Part shown: positions 7,315 to 21,149 of the stretch, one piece after another
Layout: every line of letters starts with the position of its first letter
Position numbering within the stretch: position 1 is the stretch's first letter
Assembly (NCBI GenBank): GCA_040004455.1
Contig: JBDUAX010000001.1
Location: forward strand, 1 to 39,069
Reading direction: 5' to 3'
From: Gemmatimonadaceae bacterium
GTDB lineage: Bacteria > Gemmatimonadota > Gemmatimonadetes > Gemmatimonadales > Gemmatimonadaceae
Length of the DNA: 39,069 bases
Program-made: the position numbers and the translations under genes
Notes under the pieces: generated by a model
The model's database searches: none
Seen by the model: the letters and a program-made list of their open reading frames with translations, nothing else
Told to the model about the DNA's origin: nothing

Positions 7315-8643
7315 TCAATCGGAGGCTGCGTCGTTCGCGACCCCTGCGTCGCTCGAGAAGATCAGCAGGGTCTGACCTCGCGGGTTGACGATGCGCAAGG
7401 AACGGTCCTCTCCGTTTTCATCAGTCGCGATGGAGATGTCGCTCACATCGCTGACGGAGCTAGTGCGATGCCGTCCGACCAGCACGGTTTCACCAAACAT
7501 GAGCTCAGCAACGTTGCCGTGCGGTTCGTACACCGCACCGACGAACGGCAAGTTGGTGCCCGCCAGCTGCGCTCCCAGGTCGCCCTGGTCAATTTCGATC
7601 GTGCAATGCCGTCCGGTATTCCGCTTGCTGAATTCGTCGAGCGCGCTTGCCCATTCGACCGCATCGTACGAACGCGTGCTCACGGCGTGCGCGCTGGCCG
7701 CGAACATTGCTGCGCGCACCTGCGCGCTTCCGGGCACGCACAACACGGAGCAGGCCGCCGTTCGCAGAAGCTGCGTCGCAACGCTGCCCAACACGAGCCT
7801 GCGAAAGAATCCGTAGCCGTGTGTGGCGGTCACGATGAGGTCGGCGTCGCGGGACGTCGCAAACTTCAGAATTTCGTCGGCCGCATCGCCGTTGAGTGAC
7901 ACCATTTCAATCGTCGTCCCGTCGCGTGCAAGGGCGTCACTCCCGCGTTGCAAAGCGGCGTCGCGCGTCTCGCCATTTACGACCGACGAGTCGCTCTCCC
8001 AGGCGCTGTCGAATGCGTCCACGTGTGGCCGCACGTTCACGACATAGATCGTCGCATCAGGGGGGATGAACGGCATGGCAGTCTGCGCGGCGTAGTCGCT
8101 CATTGCGCTCAAATCCGTTGCGATCACCACACGCTTGGGCAGTGATTCCTGTCCGGGGACCGCCGAGAACACGGGCGTGTCGCCCACTTGCAGCAAGCGC
8201 GGCACAAGATCACGTCCGAAGAACCGCGCCGCTCGCGAGGGGTGCGCGCGCTCGACGACGATGAGCTGCGCGTTGTTGGTGCTGGCCGCTCGTGCGATGA
8301 CTTGCACGGGCTCTCCGAACTCGACGAGCACCGGCCACTGGCGTTCTGCGCCGACTACGCTCACCACCTTCCTCTTGACGGCGGCAAGTGCGGCGTCGCG
8401 TTGCGGTTGATGTGTCGCGGCGGCCAGCGGAACCAACCCGTACGCCGAACCTAGCTCCAGCACCAACGGCGCCACGGTCAACACCTGCACCCGCGCTTCT
8501 GTGGCCTCGGACAACCATCGCGCGGACGCCAGCGCCGCGGTGTGATCCGAGGAGGAGTCTATCGCCACCAACAGGAGATCAACTCGGGGCGGAACCAGTG
8601 CTGCCGCCGCGGGGAGAAGCGCTTCAATCACGGTTTCGGACAT
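7315..8643 (-). CDS. universal stress protein, two USP domains plus C-terminal DUF5335-like domain
   Basis: GGAGG RBS. USP1 has LLVAIDSS...GEPVQVI...AQLIVV and USP2 has VVIATDLS...ADLIVTATHG..F.R..LGSVAT.LLR.A.CSVL.VP. The C-terminus W...LDEFSKRN.GR...IEID..DLGAQ...GQTLL resembles DUF5335. Confidence 0.88.
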   Translation of the reverse strand: MSETVIEALLPAAAALVPPRVDLLLVAIDSSSDHTAALASARWLSEATEARVQVLTVAPLVLELGSAYGLVPLAAATHQPQRDAALAAVKRKVVSVVGAERQWPVLVEFGEPVQVIARAASTNNAQLIVVERAHPSRAARFFGRDLVPRLLQVGDTPVFSAVPGQESLPKRVVIATDLSAMSDYAAQTAMPFIPPDATIYVVNVRPHVDAFDSAWESDSSVVNGETRDAALQRGSDALARDGTTIEMVSLNGDAADEILKFATSRDADLIVTATHGYGFFRRLVLGSVATQLLRTAACSVLCVPGSAQVRAAMFAASAHAVSTRSYDAVEWASALDEFSKRNTGRHCTIEIDQGDLGAQLAGTNLPFVGAVYEPHGNVAELMFGETVLVGRHRTSSVSDVSDISIATDENGEDRSLRIVNPRGQTLLIFSSDAGVANDAASD

Positions 8644-8838
8644 TTCGGCCTCCGGCCTGGGCGCCCTGGTGACAAGGTGTTGAATTACTGCGCGATCACG
8701 CGTAGATGCTTGAAGATGCGCTTACGCGCGTACGGAATGACTCGTGAATGTCACCGTCCTGAAACAGAGCGATACCTTCGGAGATTTGGTGACGGCATTT
8801 TGTCGCGCGCCCACTTTTGCACCAAACGGCGGATCCCG

Positions 8839-9738
8839 CTACCGGTGCCCAGGCGCTCCACCCAACGCTTCAAACCCAGCAATCACGTCAAACAGTTCCT
8901 CGTCGATACGACTCTGGCGCAAGCGGTGAAACGCGTGTTGAAGGTTCTCGAGCAGATCGTCGATGTTCTTGTCCGCACGCTGCATCGCCGCGAGCCGGCT
9001 GGCGTTTTCACTCGCGAGCGACTCGGCAGACGCACGGAACAGTGAGACGAAGAGATATTCGCGAATGAGGGCGCGCACGGTTTGTGCATTGGCGCCGATG
9101 ACCTCAGGCAACATCGTCGTTGGCCATGGAATCGCGGCAAGTTTACGAAGCCATGCGGCGTCCAGCGGAAGCAAGCGCTGACTCACGGGCTCGTACGCTG
9201 AGCCGGAAGTGGGACGGTTGTAGAAGAGCTGGAGTTGCGCTGACGCGTCGCTTGCATGATGCGCCTCGTGCGCCAGCAGAATCTTGCCAACGAGCGGTGT
9301 GATGGCCTCAATGGAATTTGGGACGACGAACACACCGATGGGTTGAATTCCTGCGTCTGTCAAACGCGCGTGCACTCGCTCGCCCACGGCCCACACCTGC
9401 GGTGTGTTGGTTATGGATTGCAAGGCCTTAACGGCGTAGTCCGCTACCACATCGTTGAAACGCCCCACCAATCCTTGATCGGATCCGAAAACAATCGCAC
9501 TGACGGCAGCGCCCTCCGCGCGTGCCGGTTGCGCGGATAGCAACGACACGGTACCCGGCGCTCGAAAGCAGACACTCAGTGCCAGTTCTACCGTGTGGTA
9601 GTAGTCACCCAACGCCTGCACCGACTTCTCGTATTGCCCAATGCTTGACGCAGCCAGCGCCTTCATGGTGCGCACCACCGATTGCAAATCGCCAGCGCTC
9701 GCCATCTGCCGGTTGAGACTTGCCGTCGTCCTGGTCAC
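8839..9738 (-). CDS. atpG: N-ATPase (alternate F-type) gamma subunit
   Basis: [23 protein letters not shown] and [18 protein letters not shown]...RQSRIDEEL motifs. Confidence 0.95.
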   Translation of the reverse strand: MTRTTASLNRQMASAGDLQSVVRTMKALAASSIGQYEKSVQALGDYYHTVELALSVCFRAPGTVSLLSAQPARAEGAAVSAIVFGSDQGLVGRFNDVVADYAVKALQSITNTPQVWAVGERVHARLTDAGIQPIGVFVVPNSIEAITPLVGKILLAHEAHHASDASAQLQLFYNRPTSGSAYEPVSQRLLPLDAAWLRKLAAIPWPTTMLPEVIGANAQTVRALIREYLFVSLFRASAESLASENASRLAAMQRADKNIDDLLENLQHAFHRLRQSRIDEELFDVIAGFEALGGAPGHR

Positions 9739-11294
9739 TTGTTCTCCGAACTATCCGCGGGTGGTTGCGGTTGAAATTCGGCAAGCGCCTTTCGGGCAAT
9801 TTCGATGATTGCGCTGCGATCGTCATCGCGCAACTTGTCGGCGCTGAGCAAGCGGTCGGAGACTTCTGCGGGAATTGTTGCAACGGCTTTGCGCAACGCG
9901 TGCTCAGCATCCTTCATTCGATCGAGCGGTACTTTGTCAAACAGCTCCGCACTTAACGCCAGCAACACCGCGATTTGTTCGGTTACCGATACCGGGGCGG
10001 ATTCCGGTTGCTCGAGGCAAGCGCGGATGCGACGTCCATGCTCGATGATCTTGCGGGCTTCTTCATCCAGCCGCGCACCGAACCGTGAAAACGTTTCGCG
10101 TTCTTCGAATTGCGCATACGCGAGCTTCAGATTGCCGGTCACTGCGCGGTACGCGGCGAGTTGCGCTTTTGCACCAACGCGCGAAACAGACTTGCCCACA
10201 TCAACCGCCGGCAACACTCCGAGCTCAAAGAGCGACGGCGAGAGATAGATCTGTCCGTCGGTGATGGAAATCAGATTGGTGGGGATATATGCAGAAATAT
10301 TCTGCGCTTCGGTCTCGATGATTGGCAACGCCGTGAGCGAGCCGCCGCCGAGGTCGTCGCGCAGGTGCGTAGCACGCTCGAGCAGTCGCGAATGGATGTA
10401 GAAGATGTCTCCCGGAAACGCTTCGCGACCGGGCGGACGACGGAGCAACAACGAAAGCTCGCGATAGGCGCGCGCGTGATGCGTGAGATCGTCGTACACG
10501 ATAAGCACATCCCGACCGGCCTCCATGAAATGTTCGGCGATACTGGTCGCGGCGTAGGGCGCGATGAACGCCAGACCCGGCGGATCATTTCCCTCGGTCA
10601 CGACCACGACGGTGTACTCCATGGCGCCCTTCTCTCGCAAACCCGCCACGACTTTCGCAACCGCCGAAGCGCGTTGGCCAATCGCGCAGTACACGCAGAC
10701 AACATCGCATCCACGCTGATTGATAATGGTGTCGACGGCAATTGCGGTTTTGCCGGTACGCCGATCGCCGAGAATCAACTCACGCTGCCCGCGGCCAACG
10801 GGAATGAGCGCATCGACAACTTTGAGCCCAGTCTGTAGCGGCACGGTGACCGGTGCGCGGTCCATGATGGCGGCGGCGGGACGTTCGATGGGAAGGCGTT
10901 TGGTGGCGGTGACGGGCCCGTTGCCATCGAGGGGCCGGCCGAGTGGATCAATCACGCGACCCAGCAATTCGTCTCCAACCGCCACGTCCATCACTCGCCC
11001 GGTGCGGTGCACTTCATCACCGGCGTGCAAATCCTGATACTCGCCGAGCAACACAACGCCGATTTCTGTTTCGTCAACGTTGAATGCGATTCCATACAAA
11101 TCGCCGGGAAACTTGAGCAGTTCCTCGAAGCCGGCATTGGGAAGGCCGGATACTCGTGCGATGCCGGTAGAAACGCTCACGATGGTGCCAATTTCGTGCG
11201 GAACGAATTTCGGTGCAAATGTTTTCCGCCCTTGATCGATTCCGGCGAACGTGCGATCAAAAACGCTCTGTAAACTTTCTGGCATCGCGCTCAC
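9735..11294 (-). CDS. atpA: N-ATPase alpha subunit
   Basis: [40 protein letters not shown] and [12 protein letters not shown]. The start is placed at GTG 11294, overlapping the atpF stop (alternative ATG 11285). Confidence 0.96.
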   Translation of the reverse strand: MSAMPESLQSVFDRTFAGIDQGRKTFAPKFVPHEIGTIVSVSTGIARVSGLPNAGFEELLKFPGDLYGIAFNVDETEIGVVLLGEYQDLHAGDEVHRTGRVMDVAVGDELLGRVIDPLGRPLDGNGPVTATKRLPIERPAAAIMDRAPVTVPLQTGLKVVDALIPVGRGQRELILGDRRTGKTAIAVDTIINQRGCDVVCVYCAIGQRASAVAKVVAGLREKGAMEYTVVVVTEGNDPPGLAFIAPYAATSIAEHFMEAGRDVLIVYDDLTHHARAYRELSLLLRRPPGREAFPGDIFYIHSRLLERATHLRDDLGGGSLTALPIIETEAQNISAYIPTNLISITDGQIYLSPSLFELGVLPAVDVGKSVSRVGAKAQLAAYRAVTGNLKLAYAQFEERETFSRFGARLDEEARKIIEHGRRIRACLEQPESAPVSVTEQIAVLLALSAELFDKVPLDRMKDAEHALRKAVATIPAEVSDRLLSADKLRDDDRSAIIEIARKALAEFQPQPPADSSENK

Positions 11295-12100
11295 GTACCG
11301 TGCGCGACTGCAGCTTCTACTTGCGCCGACGAGGCCGGTTGCTCGTTCACTTTCAGCAGTTCGTCGATATCCGCTTGCATACCAGCGAGGTAATCGGCGA
11401 TGCTCCACGCCAGCTTGTGTCCGTTCGTGGTGAGATCGATGCCGCTGACCAATTCCGGTGCAGTCTCGAACCGCAGGTTAAATTCGCTCGAAAATGTTTC
11501 GTTGAGTGCGGTCTGAATTGCGGTTTGTTGCGCGACCGGCAGGTCGAAAGCGCTCCTTACGAGTACCGGGCCGGCAACCTTGCCGAGCGCATCAGCGAAT
11601 TCCACACGTGTGTCCGGCTCCATGGCCCGCAGGCGACGAATGAAAACGTCTGCAGCCCGTTCTTCGAGGCCCGCCGATGCCAGATCAGTCAACGTCTTTC
11701 GCGCAATCGCGAACACTTCCTCCCGCGTTCGGCGACTGATCTCATCGCTCAGGTGCTGTGCTTCGTTACGCAGCGCATCGGCGCGCTTCGCGCTCAGAGC
11801 GTTGACAGCCTTTCGGGCGTCATCGAGCAACCGCTCGCGTTGGGCATTCGCGTCGTCGGTTGCTTTCGTGAGCAGCGATGCGCGCTGCTGGTCAAACTGG
11901 TCGTTCTTGTGCTGGAAATCGTCGCGCTCCTTTTTCGCTTCGGCTTTCTTGGCAGCGGCATCGGCCAGTTCCGCGGCAATCCGCTTCTCGCGCGCGTCAA
12001 TGGCGTTGAGAATCGGTGTGTACAAGAAGCGCTTCATCAACCAGACGAGGATGAGGAAGTTGAGCGCCTGCGCTCCAATGGTGAACCAGTCGATTAGCAC
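11291..12100 (-). CDS. atpF: N-ATPase b subunit (long, with delta-like C-terminal extension)
   Basis: [27 protein letters not shown], a coiled coil, and C-terminal GIDL...G.KLAWSI.DYL; 269 aa. Confidence 0.93.
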   Translation of the reverse strand: MLIDWFTIGAQALNFLILVWLMKRFLYTPILNAIDAREKRIAAELADAAAKKAEAKKERDDFQHKNDQFDQQRASLLTKATDDANAQRERLLDDARKAVNALSAKRADALRNEAQHLSDEISRRTREEVFAIARKTLTDLASAGLEERAADVFIRRLRAMEPDTRVEFADALGKVAGPVLVRSAFDLPVAQQTAIQTALNETFSSEFNLRFETAPELVSGIDLTTNGHKLAWSIADYLAGMQADIDELLKVNEQPASSAQVEAAVAHGT

Positions 12101-12102
12101 GA

Positions 12103-12384
12103 CTATTTGCCAGCTACCGGCGCGATGACATGATTCCAGAATGGATTTGCGAAAATCAGAATCATGGAGACGACGAAGCAGTAAATGGCAGTCGATTCGA
12201 TCATGGCCAGGCCGACGAACAGCGTGCGCGTGATTGTGGCGGACGCATCGGGCTGTTGCGCCAGCGCCGTGAGGGCGGTCGCGACCGCGCGCCCTTCGCC
12301 GAGTGCCGGCATCATCGTTCCGACACCTGTGGCCAAACCGGCGGTGATGATCGATACGACCGCGATGATTGTCATACTATCCAT
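12103..12384 (-). CDS. atpE: N-ATPase c subunit (Na+-binding signature)
   Basis: ATG 12384, 93 aa, with PALGEG, AQQPDA and GLAMIESTAIY. Confidence 0.96.
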   Translation of the reverse strand: MDSMTIIAVVSIITAGLATGVGTMMPALGEGRAVATALTALAQQPDASATITRTLFVGLAMIESTAIYCFVVSMILIFANPFWNHVIAPVAGK

Positions 12385-12401
12385 GATGCGACCCTTGTCA
12401 G

Positions 12402-13091
12402 TTAGTGTGCCGGTTCTGGCTTCGGCTTGCGCGTTTGCGTAGCCGCAGCGATGTACACCGCCGCGAGGATGCTGAAGATGTAAGCCTGCACCATGCCGGT
12501 GAGCAGGCCCAGCAACGTCATCACAATTGGAAAAATGAACGGTGTGATGGTGAGAAGAATTCCAATAATCATCGCGCCGCTCATCATGTTGCCGAACAAC
12601 CGCACCGCGAGGGCAAGCGTACGGGAGAACTCGCTGATAATGTTGAACGGCAGCATGATTGCTGTCGGTTGAACGTAGGATTTGAGGTAACCAGCGATCC
12701 CCTGCTCCTCGATGCCGAACAGTGGCACGGCCACAAACACACAAAGCGCGAGTGCGGCCGTGGTTGAGAGTGACGCAGTTGGCGGCTCGTAGCCCGGAAC
12801 AATGGTGCAGAGCGCGGAGAAGCCGACGAAGAGAAACAGCGTACCGAGAAAGCCCAGATATTTCTCAGGGTGTTGCAGTCCGACTTCCTCGATCTGTTTG
12901 CTGATTCCGGTAACGATGATTTCCAGAAAATTCTGCCAGCGTGAGCGTTCCAAGGTAGTGGACAGCTTGCGCGTGATGAGCCTTGCGCCCACAACGAGCA
13001 CCAGCATCAACGCCCACGTGAACACGATGGTGGCGTTGAGCTTGAAAAATCCGTACTGCCAAAACACCAGTTGATCGGGACTAAGGTGCAT
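12402..13091 (-). CDS. atpB: N-ATPase a subunit
   Basis: PPTASLSTT, SRTLALAVRLFGNMMSG and GMVQAYIFSILAAVYI. Confidence 0.96.
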   Translation of the reverse strand: MHLSPDQLVFWQYGFFKLNATIVFTWALMLVLVVGARLITRKLSTTLERSRWQNFLEIIVTGISKQIEEVGLQHPEKYLGFLGTLFLFVGFSALCTIVPGYEPPTASLSTTAALALCVFVAVPLFGIEEQGIAGYLKSYVQPTAIMLPFNIISEFSRTLALAVRLFGNMMSGAMIIGILLTITPFIFPIVMTLLGLLTGMVQAYIFSILAAVYIAAATQTRKPKPEPAH

Positions 13092-13395
13092 GACGGACCT
13101 CCGCGACTTGCGCGTGACTTGTCGCTTGCGACGCGCGAGTAAGCCAAATCACGACAAAGCGCGCGACGACAAATCCGAGCAGACACGCAAAGAGTCGTCG
13201 CCAATCGTCACGACCAACGAAGTAGAAACCCGCAAGTGCGGTTCCCATGCGGACGAACAGGCTGGCGAGAAACCAGAGCGCCGCTTTCGGCGACGAAAGG
13301 CCTCTCCCCACAGTCCACCAAAGGCCGCCGAAAAACACGGCGCCCAACACGAGCCCTGCACCGCCAGCAAGCAGCAATCGCAACAGGTCAAGCAT
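13081..13395 (-). CDS. atpR: N-ATPase AtpR subunit
   Basis: G..LG.VFFGGLWWTV...WF..S...R motif in a 3-TM protein located between atpQ and atpB. Confidence 0.88.
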   Translation of the reverse strand: MLDLLRLLLAGGAGLVLGAVFFGGLWWTVGRGLSSPKAALWFLASLFVRMGTALAGFYFVGRDDWRRLFACLLGFVVARFVVIWLTRASQATSHAQVAEVRHAP

Positions 13396-13713
13396 TGCGT
13401 GGTTCCTCGTCGTCGCGCATGGCCTTTTCTTCGTTGCCTACCCAATGCCACGCGTTGAGACAACCAAGGGTGAGTCCGGCAACGAGTAATGCGAGCGTCC
13501 ACGAATGAGTGCCTGGACGATGATGGTCCAGCCAGATACCCAGTGCGGCGCCCAGCAGGGCGGGCACGGTGACAGACCAGCCAATCAAACCCATCACACC
13601 GAGGCCGAGCCAGACGCCAGAATTCGGATTGCGCCGCGCCTTGAGTTTGCGCGCAGCCTTCACGCGAATCAGCTCCGCGAAATCCGGCTCGCTCGGGTTG
13701 TTTGGTGTCTTGC

Positions 13714-13717
<4 letters not shown>
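13388..13717 (-). CDS. atpQ: N-ATPase AtpQ (AtpZ/gene-1 family)
   Basis: KA.RKLKARR...VW.GLG..GLIGWSV.VP.LLG..LG.WLD...SWTL.LL..GL..GC.NAW.WV. Confidence 0.88.
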
Positions 13718-16441
<2,724 letters not shown>

Positions 16442-16445
<4 letters not shown>

Positions 16446-16645
16446 CGACTTACGGCGCCTGGCTGTGCGGCGTGCGGAGCCCAGGCCAGATTTTCACTCA
16501 TGACGTACACTGCCATCGCGCCAAGCATCAGCACGACACCGACCCAGAATCGCCAGTCCGTGTGGGCGCGCTTCCAGTACGCCTCGTGGTTTGAAAAGCC
16601 TGTGCCGGCCTTCGCAGCGGGCCGTTCATGATCATGAGCAGTCAT
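16442..16645 (-). CDS. small single-TM hypothetical protein (67 aa)
   Basis: It has ATGA overlaps with both xfp and ppk2, and the sequence [30 protein letters not shown]. Confidence 0.8.
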
Positions 16646-19080
16646 CGGACGGCCTCCACCGCGTCTGTCCATTGAGCAGTGACAATGTTATCGCCGCTTT
16701 TTCCGTTCCACTTCCAGTCGCGGATCTCCGGCATGTCCTGACCGTGCTCGTTGATGTAGTGCTTGTGCGCTATCAGTTTGTCCTGCACCGTCTGCTTGAG
16801 ATACGCGCCCTTCGAACCCAGGTTCGGCAGGCGATCGATGACGTCCTGCACCAGATGAAACCGGTCAAGGTCATTCTGCACGCGCATGTCGAACGGCGTG
16901 GTGATTGTGCCTTCTTCCTTGTAGCCGCGTACATGCAGGTTGCGATTGGTCCGACGATAGGTCAGCCGATGCACCAACCACGGGTATCCGTGAAATCCAA
17001 AGATGATCTGTTTGTTTTTGGTGAAGAGTGAGTCGTAGTCTGATTCGCTCAATCCGTGTGGATGTTCGCTGGCGGATTGCAGCTTCATCAAATCAACGAC
17101 ATTGATCACGCGAATTTTGAGATCGGGGAGATACTCGCGAAGAATCGAGACCGCGGCGAGAATTTCCAGCGTTGGCGTGTCACCACAACATGCCATGACA
17201 ACGTCCGGCTCGGTGCCCTGGTCGTTACTGGCCCACTGCCAGATGCCAATGCCTTCCGTGCAATGAATGACCGCCGCATCCATCGTCAGCCATTGTGGAA
17301 GCGCATGTTTACCCGCGACCACCACATTTACGTAGTGCCGGCTGCGCAGGCAATGATCGAACACCGACAACAGACAATTGGCGTCGGGCGGCAGGTACAC
17401 GCGCACGATGTCGGCTTTCTTGTTGATGACGTGATCAAGAAATCCGGGATCCTGGTGCGTGAAGCCGTTGTGATCCTGCTGCCACACGTGCGAGGCCAGG
17501 AGATAGTTCAGCGACGCGATCTTCCGGCGCCAAGGAAGTTCCGACGTGACCTTCAACCACTTTGCATGTTGACTGAACATCGAGTCGACAATGCGAATGA
17601 ATGCTTCATAGCTGTTGAACAACCCGTGACGACCGGTCAACAGATATCCTTCCAGCCAGCCTTCGCATTGATGTTCACTCAACATGGAGTCGAGCACACG
17701 TCCGTTGGGTGCGAGAAACTCGTCATTCTCCGACTGTCGCGCATCCCACTGTCGGTTGGTGACTTCGAACACTGCGCCGAGAAAGTTGGAGAGTGTTTCG
17801 TCGGGACCGAAGACCCGGAAATTGCGCTGTTCTTCGTTCAGTTTTGCGACGTCGCGCAGAAACTTGCCGAGTACCAGCGTGTCCTGTGCATTGACTGCGC
17901 CAGGTGTGGGGACGTGCACCGCGTGGACGTGAAAGTCGGGCATTCGCAAGTCGTTCAGCAGCACGCCACCGTTCGCGTGCGGATTGGCTCCCATTCTGCG
18001 ATTGCCTTGGGGTGCCAACTCTTGCAACTCGGGGATGAGTTGGCCGTTTGTGTCGAACAATTCTTCGGCCTTGTAGCTCTTCATCCAGCTTTCAAGCAGT
18101 GCGACGTGATCCGGATGTTCGGCGTCAACAATGATCGGCACCTGATGCGAGCGAAACGTTCCTTCGTTGGGCAATCCATCAACCGTTTTGGGGCCGGTCC
18201 AGCCCTTCGGCGATTTGAGTACAACCATGGGCCAGCGCGGACGCATCGTGTCGTGGTTGATGCGCGCGTTGGTTTGTATTCGCTTGATTTCCTCAATGAC
18301 CGTTTCCATCGTCTCGGCCATGAGTTGGTGCATCGTTGCCGGGTCGTCGCCTTCGACGAAGTACGGTGTCCAGCCACAGCCGCGAAAAAACTGTTCCAAC
18401 TCTTCGTGCTCGATGCGCGCGAGCACTGTGGGGTTACTGATCTTGTAACCGTTGAGATGCAAGATGGGCAGCACGGCCCCATCGGTGATGGGGTCGAGGA
18501 ATTTGTTCGATTGCCAGGCGGTGGCCAGCGGACCTGTTTCCGCTTCGCCGTCGCCAACCACACACGCGACAATCAAATCGGGATTGTCGAACGCGGCGCC
18601 GAATGCGTGACTGAGTGAGTAGCCCAGCTCACCACCTTCGTGAATCGAACCCGGCGTTGTTGGTGCAACGTGACTGGAAATTCCGCCGGGAAACGAGAAC
18701 TGCTTGAACAGCTTTTTCAGTCCCGCTTCGTCTTGCGTAACGTTTGGATAGACCTCAGTCCATGTGCCTTCGAGGTACACGTTACCAACAATGGCCGGCC
18801 CCCCATGACCAGGTCCGGCAACGTAGAACATGTTCAGATCATACTTCTTGATGACCCGGTTCAAATGCACGTAGATGAAATTCTGTCCGGGCGTTGTGCC
18901 CCAATGGCCGACCACGAGCGGCTTCACGTGCGACAGTTTCAGCGGCTCCTTCAGCAGCGGATTGTCGTAGAGATAAATCTGTCCAACTGACAGATAGTTG
19001 GCCGCGCGCCAATAGGCGTTGATCTTGTGCAACGCGTCCGGCGTAAGCGCGTTCGTCGGCTGTGACCGCAGTGATATCAT
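16642..19080 (-). CDS. xfp: xylulose-5-P/fructose-6-P phosphoketolase
   Basis: [47 protein letters not shown] motif, [12 protein letters not shown] and [14 protein letters not shown]. Confidence 0.97.
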   Translation of the reverse strand: MISLRSQPTNALTPDALHKINAYWRAANYLSVGQIYLYDNPLLKEPLKLSHVKPLVVGHWGTTPGQNFIYVHLNRVIKKYDLNMFYVAGPGHGGPAIVGNVYLEGTWTEVYPNVTQDEAGLKKLFKQFSFPGGISSHVAPTTPGSIHEGGELGYSLSHAFGAAFDNPDLIVACVVGDGEAETGPLATAWQSNKFLDPITDGAVLPILHLNGYKISNPTVLARIEHEELEQFFRGCGWTPYFVEGDDPATMHQLMAETMETVIEEIKRIQTNARINHDTMRPRWPMVVLKSPKGWTGPKTVDGLPNEGTFRSHQVPIIVDAEHPDHVALLESWMKSYKAEELFDTNGQLIPELQELAPQGNRRMGANPHANGGVLLNDLRMPDFHVHAVHVPTPGAVNAQDTLVLGKFLRDVAKLNEEQRNFRVFGPDETLSNFLGAVFEVTNRQWDARQSENDEFLAPNGRVLDSMLSEHQCEGWLEGYLLTGRHGLFNSYEAFIRIVDSMFSQHAKWLKVTSELPWRRKIASLNYLLASHVWQQDHNGFTHQDPGFLDHVINKKADIVRVYLPPDANCLLSVFDHCLRSRHYVNVVVAGKHALPQWLTMDAAVIHCTEGIGIWQWASNDQGTEPDVVMACCGDTPTLEILAAVSILREYLPDLKIRVINVVDLMKLQSASEHPHGLSESDYDSLFTKNKQIIFGFHGYPWLVHRLTYRRTNRNLHVRGYKEEGTITTPFDMRVQNDLDRFHLVQDVIDRLPNLGSKGAYLKQTVQDKLIAHKHYINEHGQDMPEIRDWKWNGKSGDNIVTAQWTDAVEAVR

Positions 19081-21149
19081 CGGGCAAGTACCTCCCTGGC
19101 TTTGGCAACGATGTTGGCAACCGTGAATCCGTAGTGCTCCATTACCACGTTACCGGGAGCGGACGCACCAAACCGGTCCACACCGACAATCGCGCCCTGC
19201 AGGCCCACGTAACGCTCCCAACCGAACGGCGAGGCCGCTTCGATGCTCACGCGCGCCAGCACTTTCGGCGGTAGCACCCCATCCCGGTACTCGCGCGGTT
19301 GTGCGTCGAACAATTCCCAGGACGGCATAGAAACGACGCGACTGTGCACTCCTTCGCTGCACAGTTGATCGTGCGCGGCGAGAGCGAGTGAAACTTCCGA
19401 ACCGGTTGCGATGAGAATCACTTCAGGCAACGCGTCCGTTTTTGCGTCGACGAGCACATAACCACCACGCGCTGTTTCCTTGGCCGGTGCCAACCGTCGT
19501 CGATCGAGCACCGGAAGTTTTTGTCGCGTCAGTACTATGCCAACGGGGCCGCCCGTGTGTTTCATCGCAATGCGCCACGCCTCGACCGTTTCGTTGGCAT
19601 CTGCGGGACGCAACACCAGCATGTTCGGCATTGCGCGGAGACTGGCGATTTGTTCAACCGGCTGATGCGTGGGACCATCCTCTCCGATTGCAATGCTGTC
19701 GTGCGTCCATACGTAGATGACGTGCGCCTCACTCAACGCGGCCAACCGAATACTGGGTCGCATGTAGTCGGAGAACGTAAGAAACGTCGCGCCAAACGGA
19801 ATCACGCCACCGTGGTGCGCCATGCCCGTCAGTATCGCCGTCATCGCGTGCTCGCGAATACCGAAGTGAATGTTGCGCCCCGCGTAGCTCCACACGCCGC
19901 CCGACTTGCCTTGCGTGGGCGGCGCGTGTCCCCCCCCATTCGCATCGGGGTTCTGGAAATCACCCTTCTCCTTCATCGCCGTACGCGTCGACGGATCAAG
20001 ATCGGCCGATCCACCAGTCAGATTCGCCACCGATTCTGCAATTGCTTCGATGGCTTTTGCACCCGCGTCGCGCGTTGCCATGTCACCGTCGGCTGGCGTG
20101 AACACCGGCAGATGCGCATCCCAATCAGAAGGTAGCTCTCCGGCCATCGCACGCTCGAACGATTCGACGAGCGCGGGCTCGTCGATGCGATACGCATCCA
20201 TCGCGTCATTCCATGCAGCACGTGCGCCCGCACCACGTTCGCACACCTTGTCGAATTCGTGTTGCGCTTCTTCCGGCACAAGAAACTTCGCGTCCTCGGG
20301 CCAGCCGTACGCGCGCTTGGTGAGGCGCACCTCATTCTCGCCCAGTGGCTCCCCGTGCGCTTCGAACGTGTCGTGCTTGTTTGGACTTCCAAACCCGATG
20401 TGCGTGCGTGCGATGATCAGCGACGGACGATTCTCATCTGCACGCGCCGCAGCAAGCGCCGCATCGACGGCGTCCACGCTCATGCCATCAACCTCCTGCA
20501 CGTGCCAGCCGTACGCCACAAATCGCGCGCCGACATCTTCCGAGAACGTGATGTTGGTGGTTGCAGACAATGTGATGTTGTTCGCGTCGTACATCACAAT
20601 GAGGCGGCCGAGTCGCAACTCACCCGCGAGCGACGCTGCTTCGGAAGAAATGCCTTCCATGAAATCGCCGTCACTCGCAATCACGAAGGTGTGATGATCC
20701 ACAATGTCGTGAGCGGCACGATTGAATGTGGCGGCGAGCCAACGCTCCGCCATTGCCATTCCGACCGCGTTTCCGAAACCCTGGCCAAGTGGCCCGGTGG
20801 TCACCTCGACGCCCAAGGTGACACCACGTTCCGGATGTCCTGGTGTGCGACTGCCCCAGCGACGAAAGTGTTGCAGATCGTCGATCGTCAGCCCGTATCC
20901 CGTCATGAACAGCAGGCTATACAACAACGCGCTGCCGTGTCCCGCAGACAGCACGAACCGATCGCGGTTCGTCCACCCAGGCAGAGACGGATCGTGACGC
21001 ATGTGTCGCGTCCACAACACGTACGCCATTGTTGCCGCGCCCATTGGCAAACCGGGATGACCTGACGCTGCTTTCTCGACCGTGTCGATGCTGAGTGTGC
21101 GAAGCGTGTTGATACACAGCGTATCAAGCGCGTTGTTGGGTTGGCTCAT
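19077..21149 (-). CDS. tkt: transketolase
   Basis: [45 protein letters not shown] and [16 protein letters not shown]. Confidence 0.97.
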   Translation of the reverse strand: MSQPNNALDTLCINTLRTLSIDTVEKAASGHPGLPMGAATMAYVLWTRHMRHDPSLPGWTNRDRFVLSAGHGSALLYSLLFMTGYGLTIDDLQHFRRWGSRTPGHPERGVTLGVEVTTGPLGQGFGNAVGMAMAERWLAATFNRAAHDIVDHHTFVIASDGDFMEGISSEAASLAGELRLGRLIVMYDANNITLSATTNITFSEDVGARFVAYGWHVQEVDGMSVDAVDAALAAARADENRPSLIIARTHIGFGSPNKHDTFEAHGEPLGENEVRLTKRAYGWPEDAKFLVPEEAQHEFDKVCERGAGARAAWNDAMDAYRIDEPALVESFERAMAGELPSDWDAHLPVFTPADGDMATRDAGAKAIEAIAESVANLTGGSADLDPSTRTAMKEKGDFQNPDANGGGHAPPTQGKSGGVWSYAGRNIHFGIREHAMTAILTGMAHHGGVIPFGATFLTFSDYMRPSIRLAALSEAHVIYVWTHDSIAIGEDGPTHQPVEQIASLRAMPNMLVLRPADANETVEAWRIAMKHTGGPVGIVLTRQKLPVLDRRRLAPAKETARGGYVLVDAKTDALPEVILIATGSEVSLALAAHDQLCSEGVHSRVVSMPSWELFDAQPREYRDGVLPPKVLARVSIEAASPFGWERYVGLQGAIVGVDRFGASAPGNVVMEHYGFTVANIVAKAREVLAR

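Noticed and set aside
9735-11294. atpA inactivation suggested by GDRRTGKT (usually GDRQTGKT) and AQFEERETF
   Set aside because: The ORF is full length with GKT and the other motifs intact; isolated substitutions are not enough to call loss of function.
17056-18618. 520-aa plus-strand ORF and many other long antisense ORFs over atp, tkt, pgi and copA
   Set aside because: These are shadow ORFs antisense to well-conserved genes, expected in GC-rich DNA, and carry no motifs.
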